Shown piece by piece: positions 38,580-53,581 of a DNA stretch of 64,000 nucleotides. Each line of letters opens with the position of its first letter. Position 1 is the stretch's first letter. Origin of the DNA: Octopus sinensis (taxonomy: Eukaryota); NCBI RefSeq assembly GCF_006345805.1, contig NC_043003.1:86242001-86306000 (forward strand), given 5' to 3'. The position numbers were made by a program, and so were the translations under genes. The notes below the pieces were generated by a model. The model saw nothing but the letters and a program-made list of their open reading frames with translations, did not search any database and was not told the origin of the DNA.

Positions 38580-40195
38580 ATTATAATCCTGTATGGAGGA
38601 CGGCCCTGACAGCAAACGGAAGAAGTTTAGGGACAGTATAAATTAGGAAGGGCATCTTCCAAGGGGACCGCCTGTCCCCACTGATCTTTATACAATGCTT
38701 GATACCACTGACTCTGATTTTGAGGAAAGCAAAAGCCGGGTATGTATTAAGGAGCCGACAACAAAAAGTCAACCATTTGCTATTCATGAATGACCTCAAA
38801 CTTTATGGTAAAGATGAAGCCCAAGTCGGTTCCCTCCTTGATACGGTGTATACATTCAGTGCTGATACCAGAATGGAGTTCGGACTGAGAAACTGTGGTG
38901 TGTTAGTATTGAAAAGAGGTAAGATCAAATGTACGGAGGGACTAACGATATCGTTGGGGGAGGTTATGAAGAAATAGAAGAGACGGGCTATAAGTACTTT
39001 GGGATTTTGGAAACGGATAAATTGATGGAGAAAGAAATGACAGAAATAATTAAGCTGGAGTACTTACGCAGACTGAGACTGATTCGTAAGTCGAAATTAA
39101 ATGGAAGGAATATGATAGAAGCTATCAACACCTAGGCGGTTTCACTCCTTAGGTATGGAGCAGGAACGAACTAAACAACTTAGACAGAAAGACAAGGAAG
39201 TTGCTAACTAGATATGGGACACTCCACCCAAAAAGTGACAGAGACAGACTGTATGTACCAAGAAAAAGAGGGGGAAGAGGATTTATTGGATGTGAACACA
39301 GCATTAGAGCAGAAGAAAACAACATAGCATGGTATGTAAAACAATCCACAGAACAGCAATTACTAGAAGAAGGTCAGGCTTGTGTAGGATGAAAGAATAC
39401 AAAGAAAAAGCACTATAAATGCAATTGAAAACGAACGAAACTGAAATTAGGTGGGTAAGTAATGCATGGACAATTTCATAGGAATGTTGAAGATAAGAAA
39501 ACAGACAAAAGATGGCTGTGGATGACTAAAAGTGATTTAAAACCGGAAACGGAGGCACTAATCTGTGCTGCCCAAGAGCAAACACTGAAAATAAACTACA
39601 TAAAATACAGAATAGACAACTCACCAGAAAGTGAGAAGTGCAGGATCTGTGGGCAAAACGGTGAAACTGTATGGCATATTACCAGCCAATGTACGCCTCT
39701 AGCCCAGAAGGAATATAAGAGATGCCACGACAATATAGCCAGGCTTGTCCTTTGGACACTTTGCAACAAGTATGGACTTGACAGAGCAAAAATTGGTACG
39801 ACCACAAACCTGAAGGCATTATCGAAAATAGAAATGCAAAGATCTCATGAGATTTTATGATTCAGTGCGACTATGAGATTGAGAACAGGAAGCCGGACAA
39901 GGTCTTAATTGAGAAAGAAAACAAACTATGCTAGATCATAGACATAGCATACCCAGCTGACAAGTATGCGATAAGGAAGAAAGAAAAGTCGAGAGATATG
40001 ACATGTTAGTTTGGGAAGATAAGCAGTTGTGGTTGATGAAAAAGGTAGCAGTAGTAACAATAATTGTTGGGCCCTGGGAACAGTGAGCAAAAATCTCGGG
40101 AAGTACCATGGACAAATAGGGGCTTCAATAAGGGTGGAACGCTTGCATAAAACAGTACTGCTTGGAACTGCTCGAAAGGTGGTAGTGAACAGCTG
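38580..40195 (+). mobile_element. R4/Dong-clade non-LTR retrotransposon, 5'-truncated (RT domains 4-7, CCHC, RLE), with frameshifts
   Basis: IRKGIFQGDRLSPLIF; NHLLFMNDLKLY; MEFGLRNC; GYKYFGILE; RLYVPRKRGGRG; CRICGQNGETVWHITSQC; RKPDKVLI..IIDIAYP; IIVGALGTV. Confidence 0.92.
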
Positions 40196-41278
40196 ACACT
40201 GTAGTATTTCTCCAGCGTTAGAAGCTGGGCAAAGACAAAAACAAAAACAGCAACAACAACAACGACCACAAAAACAATAACAGATTCTAGTGAAAAGTGA
40301 GCAATATGCCGCAGTACAGATGTGAAATGTAGACCTCATTTCGAAATACTCATTAATAAATTTAGTATTCAGTGTTTAATGTTAAAAACCTTCATTGCAT
40401 CTATATACATGTAGATATAGTGTATATGTTGTAGTTGCAAGTGAACCAAACTTTAAAGAATTAGATTGATTTATAACGAAGATGAGGCTTAAATAAATGG
40501 TTTTTCCTTTCTCTTAAAAGTCGTTTAGGCCCTTGCATGTCTTTAAAAGAATTTATCCTATTATAGGAAATCGGATTATCTCTCCGATTTTACCTACCTT
40601 TCAGCGCTCGTCTTGAAGGTTATTGGTGATGCCCTTCCTTTTCTGATTAAATACAAGTAAAATACCTCAAAATCATAGCCACATGCCAACTGGTTCACCT
40701 GTTCCCTCTTTTTAAGACTGATATCATAAATATGACTGAAAGCTTCGAAAGAAATTATGCAAAATAGACCATGTTTGAAACACTCATAAATTAAAGAAGC
40801 CAATAAAATTATTAAATAAACAGAAACGTACGAGCCATTTATGAGGAAAAGAGTTAACTACAGACGAATGTAAATTTATAAAAATGAATTTTAAAATATT
40901 TTCATGTTTACTTTTAAAATGTTAGTATTAGATTTTCTCTAAATACCCAAAATGTAAAGTTTAGTCACAAAAATGTCATTGGTAAATTTTCAGCAAATTT
41001 CGTCCGCTTTAATTACACGTTATCAGATATCCAACATGTAAAATATGAGAGCATAGATTTTAATAGTAATGTATGCATTGGATATTACGTAATAATTATT
41101 AAAAACATATGGTGCATTTTTTATATCATGCAATTATATAAAAACCGATGTTTCTAAACATATAGAAATAGATTACGTTTTAGAAATATTTGATATTTTA
41201 ATACTCAATATTGTCGACAAGAAACCAGAATCAATAATTTGGTTATTTGCATTTCAATAAGTGCTTACTTTCTGAATA

Positions 41279-41314
<36 letters not shown>

Positions 41315-41849
41315 TGTATGTATGTATGTATGTATGTATGTATGTATGTATGTATGTTTCTATGTATGTGTGTGTTGTACAAACACATGTATAGAAGGTA
41401 CACACGCACACACACACTGATATATATTTATAAAAAATGAATTATACATTTGTGTTTAATATTACTTTATTTAAGGATGCATGCCTGATCTCACACACAA
41501 GATATGCTAACGTAGATTTTATTTTTAATGTTTGCATTGCTCTTCTAAAACCACAGGATGGCTTGACTGATGGCATATGCGTTCTTTTTGAAATGTTGTA
41601 AGCCGACAATTTCAAAAGAAAATGTGAGTCAGTTTTTGCAATTCGATGTTTGTAAATAGAAGAATGGGTGCAGAGGTTAGTGTAGAGACTGGCGATGGTG
41701 GACAAAATCTTTGTGAAAAGTGGGGGAAACGAGTGGGTACATCGAAAAGAGAATCCTAAATCTTTTTGACTCAGGTAGAAATCTCGTAAAAAAGAAGGGA
41801 TTTCCTGGCATACAGGATAATATCTATTTCCGTGTTATCGACGATGACG

Positions 41850-42053
41850 TACTGCTTGGCGAAGTCTGATGCTTTTAGAAGTAAAGGCCTAGATATTGAC
41901 GTGTAAAAGTCGACAATATCAAACTGTGTAAATTTGCAGTTATGCTTATGGCTAATCCCTTTGAACCAAATTTACGGAGTTTGATATTGTCGACTTTTAC
42001 CTGTCAATATCTAGGCCTTTGCTTCTAAAAGCATTAGACTTCGCCAAGCAGTA
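41850..42053. mobile_element. Foldback MITE (76-bp inverted arms, 52-bp spacer), TA at both ends
   Basis: 41850-41925 TACTGCTTGGCGAAGTCT..CAATATCAAACT pairs with 41978-42053, 4 differences. Confidence 0.85.
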
Positions 42054-42066
42054 TGTATCATTGTTT

Positions 42067-43207
42067 GTGAATTTTGTGTGCTCTCGATTCTGATCCTACT
42101 TAGCAGGGGAAATATCGAGTCTAGAATCTCCCCCTTTAAGGGGTGAATTGAAATTTTTTGCAAACTCAAACACGCACCCAGTATCAACAGAGTCAAGAAG
42201 ATATACCAAGAAATGCTACCAGCTGGCGCAAACAGGAAGAAATGAACACAGAAAGAAAACCCAAAATATACTTTAAATGCTATAAAGGATATCCGAATGT
42301 ATAACAATAAACAAGAATTTACTGACAATAAAAACGAATTGAACAAACATAAGTGATGCGTGTTCGCATCGGTAGCTACTATAAACCTGGCAAACATTCA
42401 AATTAACCAACGTGATCTAGAAAAATATAAAAGCTTAGCAAAGCGTGAAGGGAAAAAATATAAATTTCATCCCACCCGGTGATATAATGCAACGAACCGC
42501 CAGTAAAACAATAATAGCTAAAACACTTTCACTAAAAACGAAAAAACAGTTGAACTTATGACAAAGGAAACCATAGAAAATTGCTTGCAGCCCATTCGAG
42601 GCGATACGAAATATGTAGCAAGAGGAAAATTATATGGCACTGTGGAAGTAAGTTCCGCTTCTGAGGAAGAAGCAAAAGAACACCCCACAGTGCCTTTGCA
42701 AATCAACGAACTTGTGCTACTGCTCACCTCCTTCCCTGGGCCGGAAAAGGCATGTAACTTTTCTCTGTTTCGTTCCTATAGCGAAAGAGGTCGTGTGGTT
42801 GACGAGAGTGAAAGGAATTAAGAAGGGCAACCTTCTCGTTAGCCATGGTTTAATAAACTATTTTACAAATCATCTGAAAAGAAAAATAAGGCTAGAGAGA
42901 GAGTTGTTACCGCCGCGTGCGTTCAGGACTAGATGGATGCCAGTGGCGCGATAGTTGAGCATGATGTGGCCAACTTGAACGTACTACCGTAGTTGCCTGC
43001 GTGAGAGCAGTGCTGGTGCGTGGCTTGTGGGGTTTCCACGCTCAGCATTTCATTTTGTTGCCTCATCATTATACCATGTCTAATTTTTATCTTGCTATTT
43101 CTTTTTGTTCTTCCATCTGCCCATTCAACCCCATTGTAGAACCTTAATTGTTCTTGTTTGTCCTGTATTATCCCTCTATGTCGTCCCTAGTGGCTAATAA
43201 AGTAATA
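42067..43207 (+). mobile_element. Internally deleted L1/Tx1-like LINE derivative, copy 1 (5' UTR and ORF1 part joined to ORF2 C-terminus and 3' UTR)
   Basis: ORF1-like KYVARGKLYGTVEV..EEEAKEH; ORF2-end-like FLCFVPIAKEVVWLTRVKGIKKG..HLKRKIRLERELL..RWMPVAR; homologous end to end with copy 2. Confidence 0.6.
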
Positions 43208-43245
43208 CATTTTTTCTTGTGATTTCTGCCATTTGCCTATCTACT

Positions 43246-44328
43246 GTGAATTTGTGTGTTATCGATTCTAAACTTGCTTAGCAGGGGAAGTATCGAGTTT
43301 AGAAATTCCCCATTTAGGTGCGAATTGAACTATTTTTGCAACTTCTTCTTGTGCAATTTTTTTACACATTTTAAAATTATGGCTTCCAGTCAAAACATAG
43401 ACAACATCTCAAATACTAACAGATTCAACGATACGTACCAAGAATGTTCCCACCACTTCTTTGTCGAGAATTGGTGGAGTTGAACAAAGCAAATACCCAG
43501 AAATATACGACAAATTCTACAAAGGACACCACAATTTGCAACAGCGTAAAGGAATTGACCGATAAAGAAAATGAATTAAGCAAACGAAACCAAACCGACA
43601 TGATTTTTGCGTCGGTTGCAACTGTCAACCAGGAAAACATAAAGATTAACCAGTCAGACCTAGAAAAATATAAACACTTAGCAAAGAGTGAACGGAACAA
43701 CATAGACTTAACCCCGCCCGGTAATATAATTCAACAAACGGCAAGAAAAACAATAATATTTAAACCTCTTTCGCTAAAAACCAAAACAAGCGAATATATA
43801 CCAAAGAAAACAATACCAAATACGTAGCTAGGGCACTGTGGAGGTATGATTCACTTCCGAAGAAGAAGCAAAGGAACATTTCACGGTGCCTTTGAAAACA
43901 CGCGAACTGGTGCTACTACCCATTTATATGGGTAAACGTACGCCCAAAATAAAAACTGGGGAGGTTTCCACCAGAAATTGATGTGGTGTGTCTCGTGGCC
44001 GCGGTTATACTTGATTTGGAAAGTAGCATTTCCATACTGCAGGACACGAAGCTTCACCATACAGGCCGCACAGTAGGATGTCGAGATTTTACCGAATTTA
44101 ATAAATTTACCAGATGGTACAACCAAGAATGGGAAGAAGTGAGGAAAAATTACCCACCTCCTTCCCTTAGCCGAGAAAGGCAGGCAAACTTTTCCTGCGT
44201 GGTCGCTATAGCGAAAGAGGTCGTATAACTGAGGAGTGAGAAAGGAATAAAGACAGGCAACTGTCTCGTTGGTGTGGGTTTAATGAAATATTTCTCATTC
44301 CATCTAAAAAAAAGAAAAAAATATGGCG

Positions 44329-44362
<34 letters not shown>

Positions 44363-44676
44363 AGTTGTTACCGACGCGTGTGTTTAAGACTAGATGGATG
44401 CAATTGGCTCCATTGTTAAGTATGAATTTGACCAACTTGAACGGAATACCTTAGTCTCCCGTGTGAGAGTAGTACTGGGTTGTGGCTTGCGGGGTCTTCA
44501 TGCCCAGCATTTCAAATTGTTATAGCATAATTTTCATGGAAAATTTATATTTTGTTAATTCTATTCATATTCGTATTCCATCCGCCCATTCCCCCCTATT
44601 GTAGACCTCTATTTGTTCTTGTTTGTCCTGTTTTGTCCGTTTATATATAGCACATTGTGGCCAATTTAAAATAAAA
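43246..44676 (+). mobile_element. Internally deleted L1/Tx1-like LINE derivative, copy 2 (head-to-tail with copy 1)
   Basis: Same 5' GTGAATTT.TGTG..TCGATTCT..TTAGCAGGGGAA.TATCGAG; ORF 43983-44228 runs across the junction into PPPSLSRERQANFSCVVAIAKEVV. Confidence 0.6.
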
Positions 44677-44789
44677 TTTCTAACCTAACAACCACACATA
44701 TGATTTGTTTATAGTGATCAGATGTTTTTGTAGACATAAGCACATTCCCTCCATCAAATCGACATTACCTGTACAGGTACAACGGGTGC

Positions 44790-44916
44790 CACATGTCAGA
44801 TGTCGAAATGATCGCAGAGCAACGTGAAATGATGTACTTTGCTCAAGAACACAACGCAACGCCCGCTCTGCAATCGTGAGTGCAACACCTTAACCACTAA
44901 GCCATACGCCTTCACA
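44790..44916 (-). mobile_element. SINE family C head fragment, followed by (TA)n and a plus-strand family B tail (44990-45150)
   Basis: ACATGTCAGATGTCGAAATG..TTGCTCAAGAACACAACGCAACGCCCG..CCTTAACCACTAAGCCA. Confidence 0.7.
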
Positions 44917-44923
44917 ATATATA

Positions 44924-44976
<53 letters not shown>

Positions 44977-45329
44977 ATATATATACGTGTGTGTGTCTTT
45001 TTGTTTGTATTTGTTCTCCAACACCACTTGACAACTAGTGCTTATGTGTTTACTGTCCGTTATTGTCCAACAAAAGAAACCGATAGAATAAGTTATGGGC
45101 TTTTAAATAAATAAGGGTGGCTGAAGTCTAATGACTGAAACAAGTAAAAGATCTGTGTGTATATATATATGTATATATACGTGTGTCTATATATGCATAT
45201 ATGTGCGCGCGCGCGTGTCTGTAGGAAGAATTGAGATTCAGTTGAATTAGGTACTTAAGTTGAAGCATCAAGTCAGTCCGGTATTATCCGCACAGCTCGA
45301 AGTACGGTGAATATATTTAAAATAAGCTA

Positions 45330-45545
45330 CAGGATATCAAATAGTGATGCATTGCGACCGTTTCCAGAGGCTCAATTTAATTGAACAATGCAATCATTAC
45401 ATCAATTTAAATGCGGTCCCATCTTCAGCTGCACAAATAAATAAATAGAATTTTAACCAGTTGGACACATTTAAGATAATTTTTTCAAATACATTAACAG
45501 ATCAGGAAGATGGAAGAAATTCATGTTGTTGCTGTTATAGCTAAG
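45330..45545 (-). repeat. Second, more decayed copy of the hammerhead-bearing repeat at about 25020-25215
   Basis: Shared GGCTCA.TTTAATTGAACAATGCAATCATTACA..TTTAAATGC..TC.TCAGCTGCA.AAATAAATA..GTTGGACACATT..GATGGAAGAAAT. Confidence 0.75.
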
Positions 45546-46132
45546 AATAGACTACACGTCCAAGAATCGCATGAAACCCATTGTGGTCATAGCTTGTAAA
45601 GGACTGTGATTTATTTCTAATTCGTATATCTCTTAATCAGCAACGAAATTTAAGATTAGAAGGCTGTTTGTTTCAAATAAAGGGCAACAGTGAATTGACA
45701 GTTCATTGCTCGGTATGGTCATGAATATTGTCATATGCATCCTTTTTCCTCGGGAAGGAAATAATACATTAGCAGTAGTCAATTCGATATAAAGTAACTG
45801 TCTATAAAAAGAGGCTAGGTAGGAGAAGACTTTAAATCGTGACTTTAATTACCAGTTAAAGGGGAAAAACACTAAGAAACTTAGGATGTTAATACAGAGG
45901 AAATTTTATCTTGGGGCACTATGGGTGAGTGTTGATAAACAATATTGTTATGCAGTATAAAAATAAAATTAAAGATTTTCAAAACTGATATCATAACCAA
46001 AATAGGTAAAATGTGCGTATATATCAATTATAAACATTAAAAACAAAGGTTTTAAAGAATCACTTTAATATTCCTTCATGTACTTAATTAATTAGTTATA
46101 TGTAGTTTCTATAAAGACTGCTCAGGGCATTT

Positions 46133-46279
46133 ACATGTCAGATGTTGAAATGATCGCAGGGTAACATGAAATGAAGTGATTTGCTCAAAAACACAACGCA
46201 ACGCCCGGCCTGAGTATCGAACCAACGAACTTGCAATCATGAGTGCAATACCTTAATCATTAAGTCATGCGCTTTCACA

Positions 46280-46280
<1 letters not shown>
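46133..46280 (-). mobile_element. SINE family C head fragment, followed by (TA)n and a plus-strand family B tail (46370-46520)
   Basis: ACATGTCAGATGTTGAAATG..TTGCTCAAAAACACAACGCAACGCCCGG..CCTTAATCATTAAGTCATGCG. Confidence 0.7.
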
Positions 46281-46350
<70 letters not shown>

Positions 46351-46898
46351 ATGTATGTGTGTGTGTCTTTGTGTGTGTCTTTGTGTTTATGTTTGTCCTC
46401 CAACACCACTGGACAACCGGTGCTTATGTACTTACTGTCTGTTACTTACCAGTTCGACAAAAGAAACCAATAGAATAAGTTACGGTCTTTTAAAAAATAA
46501 GTACAGGGGTTGATACATTAGAATGATTTTTCATTGCGATTCCCCAGACGAGGATAAAATAACGAATGCTGGAAAAAATATTCCCTCGTCTGGTCTAACG
46601 ACACTCCATGTTTGCTTTCGTTCGCTTTCCTTGTATGTCTCCACTGTCCTGTTTTTGCTGATAACTTTGACCCTACACCAACCCCCAAATATATTATGGC
46701 TTTTGTGGGAGCAGCTGCCTTAGAAGACTCATATTGTTGTTCAATGCGTGAATGAAGAGTAGATAGGCAGCCGACAGAAAGGACGTTCTTTATGTTACTT
46801 GTCTTGTTTTCCATTTTTTCTCTTGTTGTTTGCGTATTCAACTCATTCGTTCTCGTATTTCATGTTGTTTACTGTTTGTGATGTCCTGTACCCATAAA

Positions 46899-46941
<43 letters not shown>

Positions 46942-47115
46942 GTGTGTGTGTGTGTGTGTGTGTGTGTGTACATATATATGTATGTATGTATATATATATA
47001 TGTATATATGCATATATATATTATTTATATTATTATTTGATTGAACGCTACACACCCATTTCCAAGTAAGTTTATCTTAATATATATATATATGTAAAAG
47101 TAGATAAACAAGGCA

Positions 47116-47162
<47 letters not shown>

Positions 47163-48165
47163 TATATATATCATGGGCATCATTCAGTGTCGGTCCACTC
47201 ACAAGACTATGTTCGTCCTGGTGCAATAGTAAAGAAACTTATCAAAAGTACCACACACAGGAACTGAGCTCAATATGACATGGTGTAACTACATTACAGA
47301 AGATCAATATATTAAAAAAAACGAAATAAATTAAATAAAATTCCCTAGATTAAAAATTTGTACAAAATAAAATGATCAGTGATTTTTATACTGATGTACC
47401 AGGGGAAAATGCAGCAATAATATGCAGTGTGTTAGAAGCAAATCAACACCAATAGCATATATAAATTATAAGGGATGAAATTCTTGACTTTTGAGAAGTT
47501 TGTACGTCTCACGGCAATGAAAACTAATAGAGTAATCTTAATTATCAAAGTAAATATGCTTAAGCGTTCTTTTTGAAAGAGTTGGCGCCTCATTAAAATC
47601 TATATGGTAATGAAATTTTCAAAGACGGCAAGGGTACATCAACGGAGAGTCACCGAGAGTGAGTTCGAAAATTAATATATTCTTTAAAGCTGGAGATTAT
47701 AATCTCTATTAAAGTGATACAGTCCTGACAAGTTAACAGAATAATGTCATTGAAGAAATCAAATAGCGCCACAAAAAATTAACACACAGCAAGTCTACGA
47801 AGACATTAATTCGAACTTGTTTACGAAAGCAATAGAAAACAAACTGGAACGCTAACATTTATGCAGTTTCCACTACTCCTCTTGTAGTGAACTAAAATTA
47901 GTTCGACGTAAGTCTGAGCCATGGGTGAGTCAACTGTTCTGCTGTTGAAAAATAGTATAACGGTGCGTTAAAGAAAAATAGTTGTAATAGAAAATCGAAT
48001 TGTTATATAAATAACAAAATATGTCCAGCAGTCTGGAATGAAAGCAAATCTGTTTATACCATTAAACAATAGAATGGCAAAAATCTATTTGCCAAGAAAT
48101 GTCTAACTCTTCTTAACAATTTGAAGTTGACTGTCACTAAAAATACCTATACCAATGAAAGCAGC

Positions 48166-48214
<49 letters not shown>

Positions 48215-49041
48215 ATCCTTTGCAGTTGTATGTCAAATATATAGAGTGGTAAGCCAAAGAAAAAAGACAAAAAGACCCCTAAAATACGTAACCACTTCAC
48301 AGTATAAATATATCTGTTAAAATCAAAACCATTGTTCATACACTGGCAAATGTTTTCGAATATATAGTGGCAAGCGTGCTCTGGTATCCACAAATGACAG
48401 TAAAGTATAAAGCTATACAAAAGTGACAGATAATGCCCTCGTTCATACAATACGGGATCCATTCTAGCGCATGTAATAAGAAAAAAAAAACAATAGGAAA
48501 AACTCGTACATCCAATCTATCAGACATAGCAGCCATATCTCTTACCAACGGTATTGAAATTCCATGAAAAATGGAGAAATACACTGAACAATATGATCTA
48601 AGACATTTAAATCGACAGAATGCCTAGGGTTACATAACAACATACAAAACTTATGCAGGAAGTACATATTTAGCAAAGGTAAAAGAAATAATGAATTAAC
48701 ACTAGAATGCAATATTCTGTCATTGGATCTGTTAAAATAAATGTCATCAAGAGATTGGTATACTTCTTGACAGAAACTCATAATTTCTTGATACAAATTT
48801 ACAAATTAATCAATAAAATGAAAGGACAGTATCGACATGCTGATATTGAAAGAAATCTGCTTATTATTTTTTTCGTGAATTGATTGACAACTCAGAGTTT
48901 GAAATCCAAGAAAGAAGAGGCAGTAGAGTTACAAACAAATATGATATTCAGAAATTATTTTAACGGAACATCACTCAACCAACAGCTTTGCAGTACCAAG
49001 TTATATTGAATGCACCCTCACACACACACACACACACATAC

Positions 49042-49072
<31 letters not shown>

Positions 49073-49184
49073 TGTATGTATGTATGTATGTATGTATGTA
49101 TGTATGCATGTATGCATGCATGCATGTATGTATGTATGTATGTATATAAATATATATATGTATATATATATATATATAATATAT

Positions 49185-49230
<46 letters not shown>

Positions 49231-49234
49231 ATTA

Positions 49235-49612
49235 GGCTCGCATTGGCTCAGTGGTTAGGGCAGCGGACTCGCGATTGTAAGATCGCGGTTTCGATTCCCA
49301 GAACGATGCTCCAGCAGAGGGTGGTGATTTCTGCTGTACTCTTTCACCACTCTTTCTTCTGTTGGTCTGCTCCCTTAGCCAGCGGGGTGGAGTCATTCGA
49401 AGGCTAAACCACATACACACACACACATATATATATTCATACATATATACGACGGGCTTCTTTCAGTTTCCGTCTACCAAATCTACTCATAAGTCTTTGG
49501 TCGGCCCGTGGCTATAGTAGAAGACACTTGCCTGCCCAAGGTGCCACGCAATGGGACTGAACCCGGCACCATGTGGTTGGTAAGCAAGCTACTTACCACA
49601 CAGCCACTCCTT
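49235..49612. mobile_element. Internally deleted tRNA-headed SINE (+, 49235-49408) and SINE family B head (-, 49445-49612)
   Basis: GGCTCAGTGGTTAGGGCAGCGGACTCG..GGTTTCGATTCCCAG; ACGACGGGCTTCTTTCAGTTTCCGTCTACC..CTACTTACCACACAGCCACTCC. Confidence 0.75.
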
Positions 49613-50763
49613 TAATACTGCCTTTAATTATGTCCTCGATGAAGAGACAAGCACATCAGAAATGTTTTTGAGCCTAATTCTGCTTGTTCATGGTTCATCA
49701 ACGACTAAAAATAATTTCTCATGCTACTTTGCTAAACCTTAGTGCAAATAAATTACTTACATATATGTAATAAATAAATTTTACACTTGCAAAATTGTCT
49801 TTCAACAACCCATACAAGCTATATTTGGTTTAGAAAGAGTAATTATTATTCAATAGCATTGATAAAATGTAATGCAATTTCAGTAGATATGCTTGTATTA
49901 CATGTTCTCAAATGGGAATTTTGGTAATATTTAGCAATACTTTTCCATTTTAGATATCTTAACTGTCACCCAACTCAGAGCATATTTCTCTTTACGACGT
50001 TTTTGATGTAGCATGCCTCTTATATTAATATATTTATTTACTGCACCTTCGTACCTCATATCTCTTTCAAACATTTTACAATGAATTGTATGAAAGATAT
50101 CGTTTCAGCACCGTTCTCAACTTTATAATTCGTCTGTATCCCATTAATGTAACGACGTTTTACGAATCACAAGCTGTAAGCTGTCAATGGGTATTTTAGT
50201 TACAATTTATGGACAGTTAACGATATGAAACTTCAATAGATAAGCCTATAGAGAAATAACTGATGACACCGTGCCTTTGTTATTGATCAGGGTAGGTTAT
50301 AAATCTTAAAATCTTTTACGTTAGAGACATTTTACATTGCGTTATAAACAGAGGAGAGCAACGGAAACTATATTTTCTATGGGTTGCAGATGATGCAAAA
50401 AAATACAAAACTGAACCAATTTCTTTGACATCTATTTATTGAACACCTTACAGCTTGATGCAGCTGTTCGCCAAACTGAATGAACAAAATAATTACAATT
50501 TCCGCATAAAATCAATTTATTTATATCGGTAATACTGAATGTGTATATATATATATATATATACATATATATATAATTACAAAGTGAGAAAGGGGTTGTG
50601 AGTGTAACCCGCTATGGGATAACATTTATCCAATATACTGCCAGTAAAGCACCCAGAAATGCTAATACATAAATACATAGTTAATGATTGACTAAAATAT
50701 ATTCCTCCATTTTCATATATTTTGTATTATATATATATATATATATATATATTCAAAATAAGC

Positions 50764-50819
50764 AACAAGGATATCCAAGGTAGAAACGATTGTACTACAC
50801 TGCCTTGGATATCCTTGTT
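50764..50819. repeat. 20-bp inverted repeat hairpin enclosing the 3' half of a hammerhead (inversion junction)
   Basis: AACAAGGATATCCAAGGTAG-AAACGATTGTACTACA-CTGCCTTGGATATCCTTGTT. Confidence 0.8.
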
Positions 50820-50925
50820 CCTTATGATTATAATCACCCCATTTGATTTATATGGATAATACCATACCAAATTCTGGTGCCTTTAACTTAAGTACCATAT
50901 TCATCTGAATCTAAACTTTGCTGAA

Positions 50926-52574
<1,649 letters not shown>

Positions 52575-52629
52575 TATGTGTATATATATATATATATATA
52601 TATACATACAACCTTGGCCAAAGTATATA

Positions 52630-52665
<36 letters not shown>

Positions 52666-52697
52666 TGTATGTATGTATGTATGTATGTATGTATGTA

Positions 52698-52743
<46 letters not shown>

Positions 52744-53364
52744 GTGATCATGGAAAGAAGCTATCAGTTACGTCTGTGAAGATAGAATGAGATTTTCTAT
52801 TGTCTAGTTAATGGAATCGATCTACCCATACTACAGATATTCGTGCCTTTGACATCAAAATGTTGAATTCTTAAAAGGGTTTGGATTTAAAACTGAGTTA
52901 GGTCGGAAATTGAATTATGTATTTATGAATTAAATCTTTCGTTCTGTCGTGACTTACCTCATGCCCTGCTAGTTAGGCCGATTGAGCTGATGTATTAATA
53001 ATCACAAGCAAGTAAACTAAAATATTTTATTTCCTGCCTTACTTCATAAAAATATGTTTCTAGGGCAATGTAACGTAAATTTAATTAAGACAGTAAACGA
53101 TTTAGTTTATCGAGCTTAGAGAAGCTATAAGCGAAGTGGATTCAAGTAAATGTAAAGAGCCGGATGTAAATACTATACTGTATTTTCCCTGATGCAGACG
53201 TTATTGATAATTCAAATTACAATGATACAATAATGTAGCAATACAAATCATCACCGTATATATCTATTAATAATATTACATATACAATACGCACATACAC
53301 ACGCGCACAGACACACACATATTCATACATATAATACATACATATATTCATATATTCATACAAA

Positions 53365-53581
53365 AGGCGGCGAGCTGGCAGAAACGTTAGCACGCCGGGC
53401 GAAATGCGTAGCCGTATTTCGTCTGCTGTTACGTTCTGAGTTCAAATTCCGCCGAGGTCGACTTTGCCTTTCATCCTTTCGGGGTCGATAAATTAAGTAC
53501 CAGTTACACCCTGGGGTCGATGTAATCGACATAATCTGTTTGTCCCCCCTGTGTTTAGCCCCTTGTGGGCAGTAGTGAAAT
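53365..53581 (+). mobile_element. SINE family A, near-complete copy (a further fragment at about 53655-53770)
   Basis: AGGCGGCGAGCTGGCAGAAACGTTAGCACGCCGGGCGAAATGC..GTTCTGAGTTCAAATTCCGCCGAGGTCGAC..CCCCTTGTGGGCAGTA. Confidence 0.92.
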
